Assembly (NCBI GenBank): GCA_036271535.1
Contig: DATBAM010000022.1
Location: 3,784-67,783, forward strand
Reading direction: 5' to 3'
Length of the DNA: 64,000 nt
DNA from: Steroidobacteraceae bacterium
GTDB lineage: Bacteria > Pseudomonadota > Gammaproteobacteria > Steroidobacterales > Steroidobacteraceae
A program made the position numbers and the translations under genes. Under the pieces are notes generated by a model that was not told the origin of the DNA, did no database searches, and was given only the letters and a program-made list of their open reading frames with translations. Shown here piece by piece: positions 29,746-40,289 of the stretch. The number at the start of each line of letters is the position of its first letter. Positions within the stretch are counted from its first letter, which is position 1.

Positions 29746-30375
29746 GTGGAAGAAGAGTATTTCAGCGACAGGGAACAATGGGAGCGCGTGCTGAAGTGGC
29801 TGCGCGAGCAGGGGCCGTGGGCGCTCGCTGCGGTGGCAGTCGTGGCGGCCGGCTATGCGGGCTGGCACTACTTGCAGAGCCGGCAGGAGCAGCACTATGT
29901 GTCGGCCGCGAGCCGCTACGAGGCGCTCGTCGAGGCATTCGGCAGCAGCAACTTCGACGGCGGCACCAAGCTGGCCGATGACCTGGTCAGGGAGTTCCCG
30001 TCGTCAGGCTATGCCGATCAGGCCAACCTGGCGGTAGCGCGCTACCAGGTCGAGCACGATGAGCTCGACAAGGCGCTGGCACGTCTGCAGCAGGTGGTGA
30101 AATCGACCAAAGACCCGGAACTCGCACTGGTCGCGCGACTGCGGGTCGCGCGGGTACAGCTGGCGCTGGGCAAGGCGGACGATGCGCTGAAGACGCTCGA
30201 CGAGGTGAACCCCGGTGCATTCGCGGCACGCTTCGCCCAGGCACGTGGCGATATCCTGATGTCCAAGGGCGACCGCGACGGCGCGTTGAAGGCATATCGG
30301 GCCGCGCGTGACGGCGGCGATACCGTGGACAGCGGACTGCTCGATCTGAAGATCGACGAGCTGGCGCACTCGTGA
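29746..30375 (+). CDS. yfgM: YfgM-family TPR membrane protein (ancillary SecYEG/chaperone partner)
   Basis: Collinear similarity to E. coli YfgM (…ARLRVARVQLALGKADDALKTLD…GDILMSKGDRDGA…). One N-terminal TM helix. Canonical position hisS-yfgM-bamB. Confidence 0.8.
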   Translation: MEEEYFSDREQWERVLKWLREQGPWALAAVAVVAAGYAGWHYLQSRQEQHYVSAASRYEALVEAFGSSNFDGGTKLADDLVREFPSSGYADQANLAVARYQVEHDELDKALARLQQVVKSTKDPELALVARLRVARVQLALGKADDALKTLDEVNPGAFAARFAQARGDILMSKGDRDGALKAYRAARDGGDTVDSGLLDLKIDELAHS

Positions 30376-31640
30376 GTGCCCTGCCGACGCTCTCGCGCTC
30401 GCGACGCGCGGCCGTTCTGGCCGGCATGGGCGCGCTGCTGGCCACGGTGGTGCTCTCGGGCTGCAGCTTCTTCCATTACCATTCCGCGGCCAAGAAGCCC
30501 AAAGTGGACAAGAAGGCCGCGGACAAGCCCGCGGTGCTGGTGCCGTTCGTCAACCACATCGACGTCAAGCGTGTGTGGACCACGAGCATCGCAGGCGAGA
30601 AGCCCAAACTGCGTGTCAGCCTCAGGGCGGCCGCGGACGACGATCACGTCTTCATCGCCAGCTACAAGGGTGAGCTCGAGGCGTTGAATCTCGGCACCGG
30701 CAAGCGCGTGTGGAGAGCCAAGCTGAAGGCGCCGCTGAGCGCGGGCCCCTCGGTGGCAGCGGGCATGGTGGTGGTCGGCTCTTCCAAGGGCGAAGTCATT
30801 GCCGTGCGTGAAAGCGACGGTACCGCACTGTGGCGCGCGCATATCAATGCCGAGATCCTGGCCGCGCCTGCCGTCAACGGCGAGCTGGTCGTGGTACGCG
30901 GCGTCGACGGACGCATTCACGGTCTGTCGGCAAAGGATGGTAGCGAAAACTGGTCGGTCGACGAGCAGGTGCCCAAGCTGTCGATGCGCGGGACCAGTGC
31001 GCCGCTGCTTTCTGGGGATCTCGCAATCTGTGGGTTCGACAACGGGCGCGTACTGGCGATCAACACTCACAACGGCACCACCGTCTGGGACTTTGCAGTC
31101 GGACAGGCGCATGGCAGCACCGAACTGGCGCGACTGATCGACGTCGATGCGCCGGTCATCGGCGATGGCGACGACCTGTTCGCGGCCGCTTTCCAGGGGC
31201 GCGTGGCGCATCTCAAGCGGGAAACCGGCGAGGCACTGTGGACGCGGGACCTGTCCAGCTACCGCGGCATGGCGCTCGACGCCAGCAGACTGTACGTGTC
31301 CCTCGGCGATGACAGCGTGACGGCTCTGGATCGTCAGAACGGCACCGAGCAGTGGAGCCAGAAGGCACTCGCGCGCCGGCAGATCACGGCTCCGGCGGTC
31401 TTCGGCGGCTATGTCGTGGTCGCCGACGCCGACGGCGTCATCCATTGGCTGGATGCGACAACCGGTGATTTCGTCGCGCGTGCGCAGATCGGTAAATCGG
31501 TGCCGCGCAAAGGTGTCGAATCCCACAAGATCTCGTACAAGCGGCGCGTCACGGCCGAACCGCTGGTCGCCGGCGATCTGCTGCTGGTGTTCTCCGACGC
31601 GGGTACCTTGAGCGCATTCCGTGCGCATCCTGCACCCTGA
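30372..31640 (+). CDS. bamB: Outer membrane protein assembly factor BamB
   Basis: Lipobox LSGCS and PQQ-like beta-propeller repeats. Overlaps the yfgM stop (GTGA). Confidence 0.9.
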   Translation: MSALPTLSRSRRAAVLAGMGALLATVVLSGCSFFHYHSAAKKPKVDKKAADKPAVLVPFVNHIDVKRVWTTSIAGEKPKLRVSLRAAADDDHVFIASYKGELEALNLGTGKRVWRAKLKAPLSAGPSVAAGMVVVGSSKGEVIAVRESDGTALWRAHINAEILAAPAVNGELVVVRGVDGRIHGLSAKDGSENWSVDEQVPKLSMRGTSAPLLSGDLAICGFDNGRVLAINTHNGTTVWDFAVGQAHGSTELARLIDVDAPVIGDGDDLFAAAFQGRVAHLKRETGEALWTRDLSSYRGMALDASRLYVSLGDDSVTALDRQNGTEQWSQKALARRQITAPAVFGGYVVVADADGVIHWLDATTGDFVARAQIGKSVPRKGVESHKISYKRRVTAEPLVAGDLLLVFSDAGTLSAFRAHPAP

Positions 31641-31652
31641 AGGGGGTGCACG

Positions 31653-33035
31653 ATGCTGCCGATCGTCGCGATTGTTGGCCGGCCGAACGTCGGCAAGAGC
31701 ACGCTGTTCAATGTCCTGACCCGTAGTCACGCCGCCATCGTGGCCGATGTGCCCGGGGTCACGCGCGACCGGCAATACGGCTATTCGCGTATTGGCCGTG
31801 TGCCGTGCGTGCTGATCGATACCGGTGGTCTGATCCACCAGCCGACCGGTCTCGATGCGCAGATGCGCGTGCAGACCGAAAAGGCCGTCGACGAGGCCGA
31901 CCGCCTGATCTTCATGGTCGATGCGCGGGCAGGTCTCACGGCACAGGACCAGTTGATCGCGCGTGAGCTGCGCCGTGTCGGCAAACCCGTACTGCTGGCG
32001 GTGAACAAGGCGGAAGGACTCGACGGTGACGTGATCGCTGCCGACTTTCACCGGCTTGGACTGGGCCAGCCGCGCGCAATCGCCTCAGCGCACGGGCAGG
32101 GATGCCGCGAGCTGATCGACGATACCCTCGACGGGCTCGAACCCGAGCCGCTGCCGGTCGAGGAACACGGAGCCATCCGCGTCGCGGTCGTCGGCCGACC
32201 GAATGTCGGCAAGTCCACACTGGTCAACCGGTTGATCGGTGAGGAGCGTGTGATCGCGAGCGACCAGCCCGGCACCACGCGCGACAGCATCCTGGTCCCG
32301 TTCACCCGCGATGGGCGCGATTTCCTGTTCGTCGACACCGCCGGGATCCGACGCCGCGCGCGAGTCGAAGATGCACTCGAACGGGCGAGCGTCGCTCGCA
32401 CCCTGCAGGCGATCGCCGAGTCGCATGTCGTCATCCTGGTGCTGGACGGTCACGACAACATCGGCGAACAGGACGCGCACGTGCTCGGGCAGGCGCTCGA
32501 TCGCGGCCGGGTCATCCTGATAGCGATCAACAAGTGGGATGGCATCGCCATGGAGCAGCGCGAGGAAATCCGCCGGCTCCTATCGCTGAAACTCGACTTC
32601 GTGCCGTTCGCGCCACTGCACTTTATCTCGGCGCGCCATGGCACCGGTGTCGGCGAGCTGGCGCGCGATGCCATCCATGGTTTCGACGCATCGATGCGCG
32701 CGATGCCGACGCCTGAGCTGACGCGCACGCTCGAGCGCGCGCTCGAAGCGCACCAGCCGCCGCTGGTCAAAGGTCGACGGATCAAGCTGCGCTATGCGCA
32801 CCAGGGCGGCCGCAATCCGCCGCGCATCGTGATCCACGGCAATCAGACCGCATCGGTGCCGGAGGCCTATCGACGGTATCTGGCGAATGTGTTTCGCGAG
32901 AGATTCGACCTGTATGCGACGCCGGTGGCGATCGAATTCCGTGGCGACAAGAATCCCTACGATCGCCGGAAGGGGAAGAAGGTCAGTGAGCGGAAGGCGA
33001 AAGGAACAGTGCCGGGTCGACAAAGGCGTGGTTGA
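31653..33035 (+). CDS. der: Ribosome biogenesis GTPase Der (EngA)
   Basis: Two GTPase domains (GRPNVGKST twice), a KH-like C-terminus and a basic tail. Confidence 0.95.
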   Translation: MLPIVAIVGRPNVGKSTLFNVLTRSHAAIVADVPGVTRDRQYGYSRIGRVPCVLIDTGGLIHQPTGLDAQMRVQTEKAVDEADRLIFMVDARAGLTAQDQLIARELRRVGKPVLLAVNKAEGLDGDVIAADFHRLGLGQPRAIASAHGQGCRELIDDTLDGLEPEPLPVEEHGAIRVAVVGRPNVGKSTLVNRLIGEERVIASDQPGTTRDSILVPFTRDGRDFLFVDTAGIRRRARVEDALERASVARTLQAIAESHVVILVLDGHDNIGEQDAHVLGQALDRGRVILIAINKWDGIAMEQREEIRRLLSLKLDFVPFAPLHFISARHGTGVGELARDAIHGFDASMRAMPTPELTRTLERALEAHQPPLVKGRRIKLRYAHQGGRNPPRIVIHGNQTASVPEAYRRYLANVFRERFDLYATPVAIEFRGDKNPYDRRKGKKVSERKAKGTVPGRQRRG

Positions 33036-33834
33036 GTGACACGCCGAAATGCAGGTGCGGCCCGGTAACGCGACCGGTCTTGCCGACCTTGCCGATGATC
33101 ATGCCGGCACGCACCGCATCGCCGACATGCACGCTGGTCTGCGACAGATGGCAGTACATCGTGATCAGACCCTCGCCGTGATCGATCAGAACCGTATTGC
33201 CGTTGAAGAAGTAGTCACCGACATCGATCACCTGTCCCGCGGCGGCCGCGTGTACCGGCTCGCCCGTGGGACCGGGAATATCCATGCCTGAATGCGGGTC
33301 CCGGGCCTCGCCGTTGAATACCCGGCGCGACCCATAGGAATCGGACCTCGCGCCCGGTACCGGTGCCGACAGATGCAATGTCGCCGGCGGCCGCTCGTTG
33401 AAGGTCGACAGGGCGGTCTGCAGGTGAGACTTTTCGCGTCCGAAACGCGCCAGGTCTTCTGGCGACAGATCGACCTTGGAACGTTCGACGCTCAGCTGCT
33501 GGGTGCGATAAGCCTTCGTCGCGATCTGGAAGGTCAGGGGCGGCACGACCGGGCCGCCGGGTATCGAGACTTCCGCGCTGGCCGCGCCGACGGCCGCGCT
33601 GAGCGGGATGCCGATGACCGCGATCCAGCGGCCGTCCTGCCGCAGCACCATCACCCGCTGCGACTCGAACGTGACCGTCGGCGGCTGTTTCGACCCACTC
33701 AAGTGGGCGGGCAGCGGCAGCAACACCACGCCACCGGGCACCGGACTGGCCGTCGGCCACTCGGCGGCGGTGGCGAGCATCGACGCACCCAGCAGCAGCC
33801 ACGGCGCCATGGCGCGACGTGCCGGCGGCTTCAC
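32983..33834 (-). CDS. M23-family metallopeptidase (secreted)
   Basis: Signal peptide, then HSGMDI...TMYCHLS...GPHLHFGV zinc-ligand motifs. Confidence 0.88.
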   Translation of the reverse strand: MKPPARRAMAPWLLLGASMLATAAEWPTASPVPGGVVLLPLPAHLSGSKQPPTVTFESQRVMVLRQDGRWIAVIGIPLSAAVGAASAEVSIPGGPVVPPLTFQIATKAYRTQQLSVERSKVDLSPEDLARFGREKSHLQTALSTFNERPPATLHLSAPVPGARSDSYGSRRVFNGEARDPHSGMDIPGPTGEPVHAAAAGQVIDVGDYFFNGNTVLIDHGEGLITMYCHLSQTSVHVGDAVRAGMIIGKVGKTGRVTGPHLHFGVSLNHAFVDPALFLSPSAH

Positions 33835-35162
33835 GACTGTTTCCCGAGTACCTGTGCGTGCAGGCTGCCGCTGGCGAGTTGCGCGTCGAACGTGTCGCCC
33901 GGCTGAAGCTGATCGGCGCTGGTGACCAGCGTGCCATCCGCGCTACGGGTGATCACGGCGAAGCCGCGGCCGAGTGTTGCCAGCGGGCTCACCGCCTGCA
34001 GCGCGCGCGCGGCGCCTTCCAGGCGACCGCCCGCGCGTTCGAGGCGGTTGCGCATGGCCATGCGCAACCGCGCGTCGAATTCGTCGAGGCGCTGGGCATG
34101 CTGCTGCAGACGGGCGCCGGGATGCGCCTGTTGCAAGCGGTGGTCGAGACCCGACAGGCGCGTACGTTCGTGTGTGAGCGAGCGGCGCATCGCGGCCGAA
34201 AAACGATGTTGCAGCTGCGCCAGGCGCTGCAGCCAGGCGCGGTGATCCGGTACCGCGAGTTCCGCTGCGCCGGATGGTGTCGGGGCGCGTACGTCGGCGA
34301 CGAAGTCAGCGATCGTGAAATCGATCTCGTGGCCAATGCCGGTGACGATCGGGATGCTGGAACGGTGAATGGCCCGCGCCACGCGCTCATCGTTGAATGC
34401 CCACAGATCCTCGAGCGAGCCACCGCCGCGAGAAAGGATCAGTACCTCGCACTCGGCACGGGCGCAGGCACGGTCGAGGGCCTGAACGATGGCGGGTGCC
34501 GCGGCCGTCCCCTGCACCGGCACCGGGTGCAGTAGAACGCGGGCGCTGGGAAACCGCCGCGCCAGGATATGGAGGATGTCGCGGATCGCGGCACCGGTCG
34601 GCGACGTGATGACGCCGATCGTATGCGGCGCCACGGGCAGCGGACGCTTGCGCTCGACGGCGAACAATCCCTCGGCCGCGAGCCGCGCCTTGAGTTCGTC
34701 GAAGGCGCGCTGCAGCGCGCCGACGCCCGCATCCTCGAGCTGCTCCACCAGCAGCTGATACTCACCGCGCGCCTCGTACAGGCTCACGCGCCCGCGCGCG
34801 ACGACCTGCTGCCCTTCGCGCGGCGTCAGGCGCGACAGCACATTGCGTGCACGGAACATCGCGCATCGCAGTTGCGCGCCGCTGTCCTTCAACGAGAAGT
34901 ACCAGTGTCCGGAGGAGGGCCGTGACAGGTTGGTGAGTTCGCCCTGTACCCAGATCCGCCCCAGGCCCGATTCGAGCAGGGTTCGAGCCTCCTGGTTGAG
35001 CGCCGAGACCGAATAGACGGTGCGCCCGGCGGCTGCGGGGACCGGCGTGGCCATCGCCGTGGCGGACGTCGCGGGCGCGGCGGCCTCGAAGTCCAGGCTG
35101 AGCGGTCCCATGGATGGGGGCTTGCCCGATGGCCGCAAAGTTGCTGTGACGTCCCGTTTCAT
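33831..35162 (-). CDS. xseA: Exodeoxyribonuclease VII large subunit
   Basis: ...YSVSALNQEARTLLESGLGRIWVQGELTNLSRPSSGHWYFSLKD... canonical OB-fold start. The 726-aa track ORF is trimmed to the ATG at 35162, because the remainder is antisense to guaB. An ATG at 35111 is an alternative. Confidence 0.88.
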   Translation of the reverse strand: MKRDVTATLRPSGKPPSMGPLSLDFEAAAPATSATAMATPVPAAAGRTVYSVSALNQEARTLLESGLGRIWVQGELTNLSRPSSGHWYFSLKDSGAQLRCAMFRARNVLSRLTPREGQQVVARGRVSLYEARGEYQLLVEQLEDAGVGALQRAFDELKARLAAEGLFAVERKRPLPVAPHTIGVITSPTGAAIRDILHILARRFPSARVLLHPVPVQGTAAAPAIVQALDRACARAECEVLILSRGGGSLEDLWAFNDERVARAIHRSSIPIVTGIGHEIDFTIADFVADVRAPTPSGAAELAVPDHRAWLQRLAQLQHRFSAAMRRSLTHERTRLSGLDHRLQQAHPGARLQQHAQRLDEFDARLRMAMRNRLERAGGRLEGAARALQAVSPLATLGRGFAVITRSADGTLVTSADQLQPGDTFDAQLASGSLHAQVLGKQS

Positions 35163-35199
35163 CGCTGGCCTGAGGGTGAAGCTGTCGATCTTACGAGGT

Positions 35200-35227
35200 T
35201 TACCGACCTGACACGAGGCGGTACAAT
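35200..35227 (+). promoter_or_regulatory. Candidate sigma70 promoter for guaBA (-35 TTACCG, 16-nt spacer, -10 TACAAT)
   Basis: Hexamers read directly from the xseA/guaB divergent intergenic region, about 30 nt upstream of the guaB ATG. Not validated. Confidence 0.3.
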
Positions 35228-35258
35228 GACCCGCTTCTTTTCGTAGCCGTGAGGCGCC

Positions 35259-36725
35259 ATGCGAATCCTCGAAGAAGCACTCACCTTCGATGACGTCCTG
35301 CTCGTTCCCGCGCGCTCCGACGTATTGCCCCGTGAAGTCAGTCTGTCCACCCAGCTGACTCACAAGATCCGCTTGGGGTTGCCGGTGCTCTCCGCGGCCA
35401 TGGATACCGTGACCGAAGCGCGCCTTGCCATCACGATGGCGCAGGAAGGCGGCATCGGCATCATTCACAAGAACATGTCGATCGAAGCACAGGCGCGCGA
35501 AGTGGCGCATGTGAAGAAATTCGAAAGCGGTGTGATCACCGACCCGATCACGGTTCCACCGGAAACCACGATCCGAGAGGTGCTCGAGCTGACCCGGTCC
35601 CGCGGTATTTCGGGCGTCCCGGTCGTCAGCGGCAGCAAGGTGATGGGCATCGTCACGCATCGCGATCTGCGGTTCGAGAACAAGCTCGATGCCCCGGTGA
35701 CGTCGGTCATGACGCCCAAGGCGCGGCTGATCACGGTGCGTGAGAATGCGCCCAAGGAAGAGGTTCAGCAGCTGCTGCACAAGCACCGCATCGAGAAGGT
35801 GCTGGTGGTCAATGAGCTGGACGAGCTTCGCGGCATGATCACCGTCAAGGATTTTCAGAAGGCCACCGAGTTTCCGCGCGCCAGCAAGGATGGAGGTGGC
35901 CGGCTGCGGGTCGGCGCCGCGGTCGGCACGACGCCCGACACGCTCGATCGCGTGGCAGCACTGCGCGAAGCGCAGGTCGACGTGGTCGTGGTCGATACCT
36001 CGCACGGACACTCGCGCGGCGTGCTCGATATGATCGCGCGCCTGAAATCACGCTGGCCCGACATCGAGTTGATCGGCGGCAACATCGTCACGCGCGAAGC
36101 GGCACTCGATCTGGTGGCGGCGGGCGCTGACGGGGTCAAGGTCGGCATCGGTCCTGGCTCGATCTGCACCACTCGTATCGTCGCCGGCGTCGGGGTGCCG
36201 CAGATCTCGGCGGTCGCCAACATCGCCGAAGCACTCGCGGGCCGCAATGTCTCGGTCATCGCCGACGGCGGCATCCGTTTCTCCGGTGACCTCGCCAAGG
36301 CTATCGCTGCCGGTGCTCATGCAGTGATGATCGGTGGCATGTTCGCGGGCACCGAAGAGTCTCCCGGCGAAGTGGAGCTCTATCAGGGCGCGTCGTACAA
36401 GGCCTATCGCGGCATGGGATCACTCGGCGCCATGGCGGAGCGCCATGGCTCGGCCGATCGCTACTTCCAGGACACGGCGACCGAACTGGAGAAGCTGGTG
36501 CCCGAGGGGATCGAGGGCCGCGTGACCTATAAGGGGAGCCTGGTCACGATCCTGTATCAGCTGGCGGGCGGTCTGCGCGCCGCGATGGGCTACACCGGCA
36601 GCAACAACATCGACGAGATGCGCACGCGTCCGGTGTTCGTTCGCGTGACGTCCGCGGGCATGCGCGAGAGCCATGTGCACGATGTGACGATCACCAAAGA
36701 GGCTCCCAATTACCGCGTCTCGTGA
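35259..36725 (+). CDS. guaB: IMP dehydrogenase
   Basis: [11 protein letters not shown]..., CBS pair and catalytic [11 protein letters not shown] loop; 488 aa. Confidence 0.96.
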   Translation: MRILEEALTFDDVLLVPARSDVLPREVSLSTQLTHKIRLGLPVLSAAMDTVTEARLAITMAQEGGIGIIHKNMSIEAQAREVAHVKKFESGVITDPITVPPETTIREVLELTRSRGISGVPVVSGSKVMGIVTHRDLRFENKLDAPVTSVMTPKARLITVRENAPKEEVQQLLHKHRIEKVLVVNELDELRGMITVKDFQKATEFPRASKDGGGRLRVGAAVGTTPDTLDRVAALREAQVDVVVVDTSHGHSRGVLDMIARLKSRWPDIELIGGNIVTREAALDLVAAGADGVKVGIGPGSICTTRIVAGVGVPQISAVANIAEALAGRNVSVIADGGIRFSGDLAKAIAAGAHAVMIGGMFAGTEESPGEVELYQGASYKAYRGMGSLGAMAERHGSADRYFQDTATELEKLVPEGIEGRVTYKGSLVTILYQLAGGLRAAMGYTGSNNIDEMRTRPVFVRVTSAGMRESHVHDVTITKEAPNYRVS

Positions 36726-36738
36726 AGCGCAGGCACCT

Positions 36739-38358
36739 GTGAGCCGCGGCCTGAACGCCACCGGCGGTCTCGACGCGGTGGCTGCCGGCGCGGACATCCA
36801 TGCGCATCGCATCCTGATCCTGGATTTCGGTGCACAGTACACGCAGCTGATCGCGCGACGCGTACGCGAGCTCGGCGTCTACTGCGAGATCCTGCCGTGG
36901 GACATCAGCGATGCCGAGGTTGTTGGTTTCGGTGCGCGCGGCGTCATCCTGTCGGGTGGCCCGGAATCGGTCACCGACAGCGTGCCGCCCAAGGCGCCGA
37001 CCGCGGTGTTCGAGCTGAAGGTCCCTGTGCTCGGCATCTGCTACGGCATGCAGACGATGGCGCAGCAGCTGGGTGGCCGGGTCGCCGGCGGCGGCAAGCG
37101 CGAGTTCGGCTACGCCGAGGTGCGTGTTAGCGGCGCCTGCGCTCTACTCGATGCGCTCAGCGACCGACAGACCGGTGGCCAGACTGTGCTGGATGTCTGG
37201 ATGAGTCACGGCGACCGGGTCGAGGCGCTCCCGCCGGGTTTTCATGGCGTGGCCAGCACGCACGATGCGCCATTCGCGGCAATGGCGGACGAGCGACGGC
37301 GTTTCTACGGCGTGCAGTTCCACCCCGAGGTCACGCATACCCGCCAGGGAGCCGCGATCCTCGAGCGATTCGTGCGCGAGATCAGCGGCTGCGAGGCGCG
37401 CTGGACGGCCAGCAACATCATCGACGATCTGATCGCCCGCGTGCAGGGCCAGGTCGGCGCCGAGCACGTGCTGCTTGGCCTCTCGGGCGGCGTCGACTCC
37501 TCGGTCGTAGCAGCGTTGCTCCATCGTGCGATCGGCAAACAACTGACGTGCGTATTCGTCGATCACGGTCTGCTGCGACTTGGCGAAGGCGACCAGGTGA
37601 TGCGCACGTTCGCCGATTCGCTCGGCGTGCACGTCATCCGCGTGAACGCCGAGGAGCGTTTCCTGAGTGCGCTCAAGGGCGAGACCGATCCCGAAGCCAA
37701 GCGCAAGATCATCGGCCGCCTGTTCATCGAAGTGTTCGAACAGGAGGCGCGAAAACTGCAGGACGCGCGCTTTCTCGCCCAGGGAACCATTTATCCCGAC
37801 GTGATCGAGTCGGCCGGTGCCCGCACCGGCAAGGCCCACGTCATCAAGTCGCATCACAACGTCGGGGGCCTGCCGCCCGATCTGAAACTCAAACTGGTCG
37901 AGCCGCTGCGCGAGTTGTTCAAGGACGAAGTGCGACGCATTGGCGTCGAACTGGGCCTGCCCCATGACATGGTCTACCGGCACCCTTTCCCCGGTCCTGG
38001 TCTGGCGGTGCGCATCCTCGGTGAGGTCAAACACGAATACGCCGAACTGTTGCGCCGCGCGGACCACATCTTCATCGAGGAGCTGCGCCGTCACGACCTG
38101 TACGAGCGTACCAGTCAGGCCTTCGCAGTCTTCCTGCCGGTGCGTTCGGTCGGGGTCATGGGCGATGGGCGGCGCTACGATTATGTGGTCGCACTGCGCG
38201 CCGTGGAGACGATCGATTTCATGACGGCCCAATGGGCCCATCTGCCGTATGAGTTCCTCGACCTGGTCTCGCGTCGCATCGTCAATGAAATCGACGGCAT
38301 CTCGCGCGTCGTCTACGACATCTCAGGGAAGCCGCCGGCGACGATCGAGTGGGAGTGA
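36739..38358 (+). CDS. guaA: GMP synthase (glutamine-hydrolysing)
   Basis: [28 protein letters not shown], the [10 protein letters not shown]-loop and C-terminal ...PPATIEWE. The exact start (GTG 36739 or downstream) is uncertain. Confidence 0.95.
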   Translation: MSRGLNATGGLDAVAAGADIHAHRILILDFGAQYTQLIARRVRELGVYCEILPWDISDAEVVGFGARGVILSGGPESVTDSVPPKAPTAVFELKVPVLGICYGMQTMAQQLGGRVAGGGKREFGYAEVRVSGACALLDALSDRQTGGQTVLDVWMSHGDRVEALPPGFHGVASTHDAPFAAMADERRRFYGVQFHPEVTHTRQGAAILERFVREISGCEARWTASNIIDDLIARVQGQVGAEHVLLGLSGGVDSSVVAALLHRAIGKQLTCVFVDHGLLRLGEGDQVMRTFADSLGVHVIRVNAEERFLSALKGETDPEAKRKIIGRLFIEVFEQEARKLQDARFLAQGTIYPDVIESAGARTGKAHVIKSHHNVGGLPPDLKLKLVEPLRELFKDEVRRIGVELGLPHDMVYRHPFPGPGLAVRILGEVKHEYAELLRRADHIFIEELRRHDLYERTSQAFAVFLPVRSVGVMGDGRRYDYVVALRAVETIDFMTAQWAHLPYEFLDLVSRRIVNEIDGISRVVYDISGKPPATIEWE

Positions 38359-38376
38359 TCCAGGCGTTGGCAACTG

Positions 38377-39483
38377 TCAGAACGCTGAAATAGCCTGCCG
38401 CCCGCTGGACGTAACATCGTTACAGGCGGGCAGATAGATCGCGCCCCCGGAGTTCCACGAATAGTACATGGCGCTCACGAGCAGGCCATGGCTGATGAAC
38501 GGCCTCAGCGCGGCCCTGACGATGGCGATGAATTTGGCTCGCGATGCATCGCCTGGCGATTGCGGCGTGCAGCTCGCGTCCCTGGTCGGATAGCCGCCCC
38601 ATTCAGTCAACCAGCAAGGCTTGTTTCCGGGGCCGCCACAAATCGACAGGGCAGCATTGATGTTGGCGGGTGTCGAATAATAGATGTGGATGCCATAGCC
38701 ATCGACGCGATCGTCCAGGCCGTGCTGGCGAAGGAAATGGATGAAGTCGTCGGCCGGAAGGCCGTGCGCTACGCGATCTGCGGGCGAGTGTGCCGCCGGG
38801 TGGGGCCTTTCGGTGTTGTACACGGCCCCAGCAGTGATGATGGGCGTATCCCGTTCGACGTCCCTGGCAGCCGACAGGATCGCCAGATAAGCGGTGAAGC
38901 CGCGGGCGAGATTGGTTGCTTCGGGATCCGTCACGGGCTCATGGTTGGACCAGGTTTTCCAGGCTTTCTGGAGATCGCTGGAGCCCAGCACGCGCCCGTC
39001 TCCAGGCACATCGAAATCGCCGTTATAGGATGGTGAGTTGAGTTCGTTGCCAATTTCCAGGGCCGTCAGCTTCACGCCATCGTGGTGCAAGGTCGCCAGC
39101 AGGGGCGCCAGCCAAGTTTTGAAACCTTCCGGATCGGCGTCCGACAGACGTCCCACGCTCCAGGTGGTGAGCGGCGGTTTCGCGCGGCGGGCGTGTTGTG
39201 AAGCTGCGGCGTTGCCAGAGAGAGGATCGATGATGACGACCGCACCGATGCCGTGCTGATAGGCGGTAGTAAGAAAATGAGCCGACTTGTCGCTGAGCAG
39301 CGTCCGCACGGTTTTGACGCCGGCTTTTTGCAGCTGATCGACCACCGCGTCCTGCTGCGTCTCGCTCAAATTCTGAACGCCCACCACATTGACGCCAACG
39401 GTCATATCGGCCGCGTACGCGCCGCCTGCGCTCTGAAGACTGATAAGGAGGCACGTGGCTATCAACTTGACGATCGTTCGCAT
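38377..39483 (-). CDS. Secreted glycoside-hydrolase-like protein (clan GH-A-type TIM barrel candidate)
   Basis: Signal peptide MRTIVKLIATCLLISLQSAGGAYA. LEIGNELN (acid/base-like NE) and a later CWLTEWG (nucleophile-like E). The 621-aa track ORF is trimmed to the ATG at 39483, because the rest is antisense to the TetR gene. Family is not assignable by eye. Confidence 0.55.
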   Translation of the reverse strand: MRTIVKLIATCLLISLQSAGGAYAADMTVGVNVVGVQNLSETQQDAVVDQLQKAGVKTVRTLLSDKSAHFLTTAYQHGIGAVVIIDPLSGNAAASQHARRAKPPLTTWSVGRLSDADPEGFKTWLAPLLATLHHDGVKLTALEIGNELNSPSYNGDFDVPGDGRVLGSSDLQKAWKTWSNHEPVTDPEATNLARGFTAYLAILSAARDVERDTPIITAGAVYNTERPHPAAHSPADRVAHGLPADDFIHFLRQHGLDDRVDGYGIHIYYSTPANINAALSICGGPGNKPCWLTEWGGYPTRDASCTPQSPGDASRAKFIAIVRAALRPFISHGLLVSAMYYSWNSGGAIYLPACNDVTSSGRQAISAF

Positions 39484-39522
39484 CGAGGCATCACTCTCCC
39501 GAGCATGAAGTAAGATGAATTC

Positions 39523-39539
39523 TGCCATCGAAGATGGCA
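39523..39539. promoter_or_regulatory. Perfect palindrome TGCCATC-GAA-GATGGCA, candidate TetR operator
   Basis: 7-bp perfect inverted arms with a 3-nt spacer, centred in the 93-nt divergent region between the hydrolase-like gene and the TetR gene, just downstream of a TAAGAT -10-like hexamer (39511-39516). Confidence 0.4.
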
Positions 39540-39576
39540 TCTCGGATGAGAAGCAAGTAGCAGGAGCAATTGGTTT

Positions 39577-40176
39577 ATGGCCCGACCACGCAGAATGGCT
39601 GTCGATGGCGACAAGCAGCGAGAGCTGATCGTCGATGCCGCCGAGCGACTGTTGAAGGAAGAGGGTTACGCGTCGATCTCCGCGCGCCAGGTGATGAGCG
39701 CGGCGGGGCTCAAGGCGCAGCTGCTCTACTACTATTTCAAGACAATGGACGAGTTGATGCTCGCGGTCGTCGAGCGCGTCAATCAGCGTCGCTTCGAGCG
39801 TTTTCAGAAAGTTCTCGTCTCGGCGGATCCGCTTCAGGCCATCTGGGAGTTGAGCAGCGATCCGACCGGTGCGTTGCTGTCGGCGGAACTGATATCGCTC
39901 GCCGGTCATCACGAGTCGATCAGGCAGCACATCATCGAGACGGCCAAGGCATTTCGTAAGCTTCAGACCGAGACGTTGTCGCGATTGCTCGAGGGAACGG
40001 GCGTCGACGGATCGATCTATCCTGCGGCCGGTATCGTTCTGATCGCCTCGGCTGTCGCTCGAATCATCGGCAGCGAAGCATCGTTGGGTCTGACAGACGG
40101 GCACAAGCAGGCTCAGGCGATCATTCAGCGCTTGATCGAGCAAGCCAGCGCGGCGAAAAAGAAGAAGCGCAGGTGA
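39577..40176 (+). CDS. TetR-family transcriptional regulator
   Basis: N-terminal HTH (RELIVDAAERLLKEEGYASISARQVMSAAGLKAQLLYYYFKTMDEL); 199 aa. Confidence 0.88.
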   Translation: MARPRRMAVDGDKQRELIVDAAERLLKEEGYASISARQVMSAAGLKAQLLYYYFKTMDELMLAVVERVNQRRFERFQKVLVSADPLQAIWELSSDPTGALLSAELISLAGHHESIRQHIIETAKAFRKLQTETLSRLLEGTGVDGSIYPAAGIVLIASAVARIIGSEASLGLTDGHKQAQAIIQRLIEQASAAKKKKRR

Positions 40177-40289
40177 CATATCGCGCTGCATCGCAGCGCG
40201 GTACCAGTTCTTGACGTCGTTTGCTAAGAGGGTGTAAAACAAATCCTGCGATGGGGTGGTGAATCGTCGAAACCAGTCAGGAGGCCTAA

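Noticed and set aside
30042-32051. 669-aa ORF on the minus strand. Similar long ORFs occur at 61661..63205, 55258..56502, 14189..15376, 11374..12594, 49274..50584, 51067..52245, 37144..38241 and 45603..46520.
   Set aside because: All are antisense to genes with unmistakable homologues (bamB/der, glyA, purL, queA, xerD/dsbC, mltF, the GGDEF-EAL gene, guaA, the DUF1214-like gene). Their translations are Arg/Ala/Gly/Pro-rich low-complexity sequence. This is the usual stop-codon-poor antisense artefact of high-GC DNA.
35163-36011. N-terminal extension of the xseA ORF (726 aa in the track)
   Set aside because: It is antisense to guaB, and canonical XseA similarity begins shortly after the ATG at 35162.
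39484-40242. N-terminal extension of the hydrolase-like ORF (621 aa in the track)
   Set aside because: It is antisense to a well-formed TetR gene. A signal-peptide-bearing ATG start at 39483 gives a sensible secreted protein.
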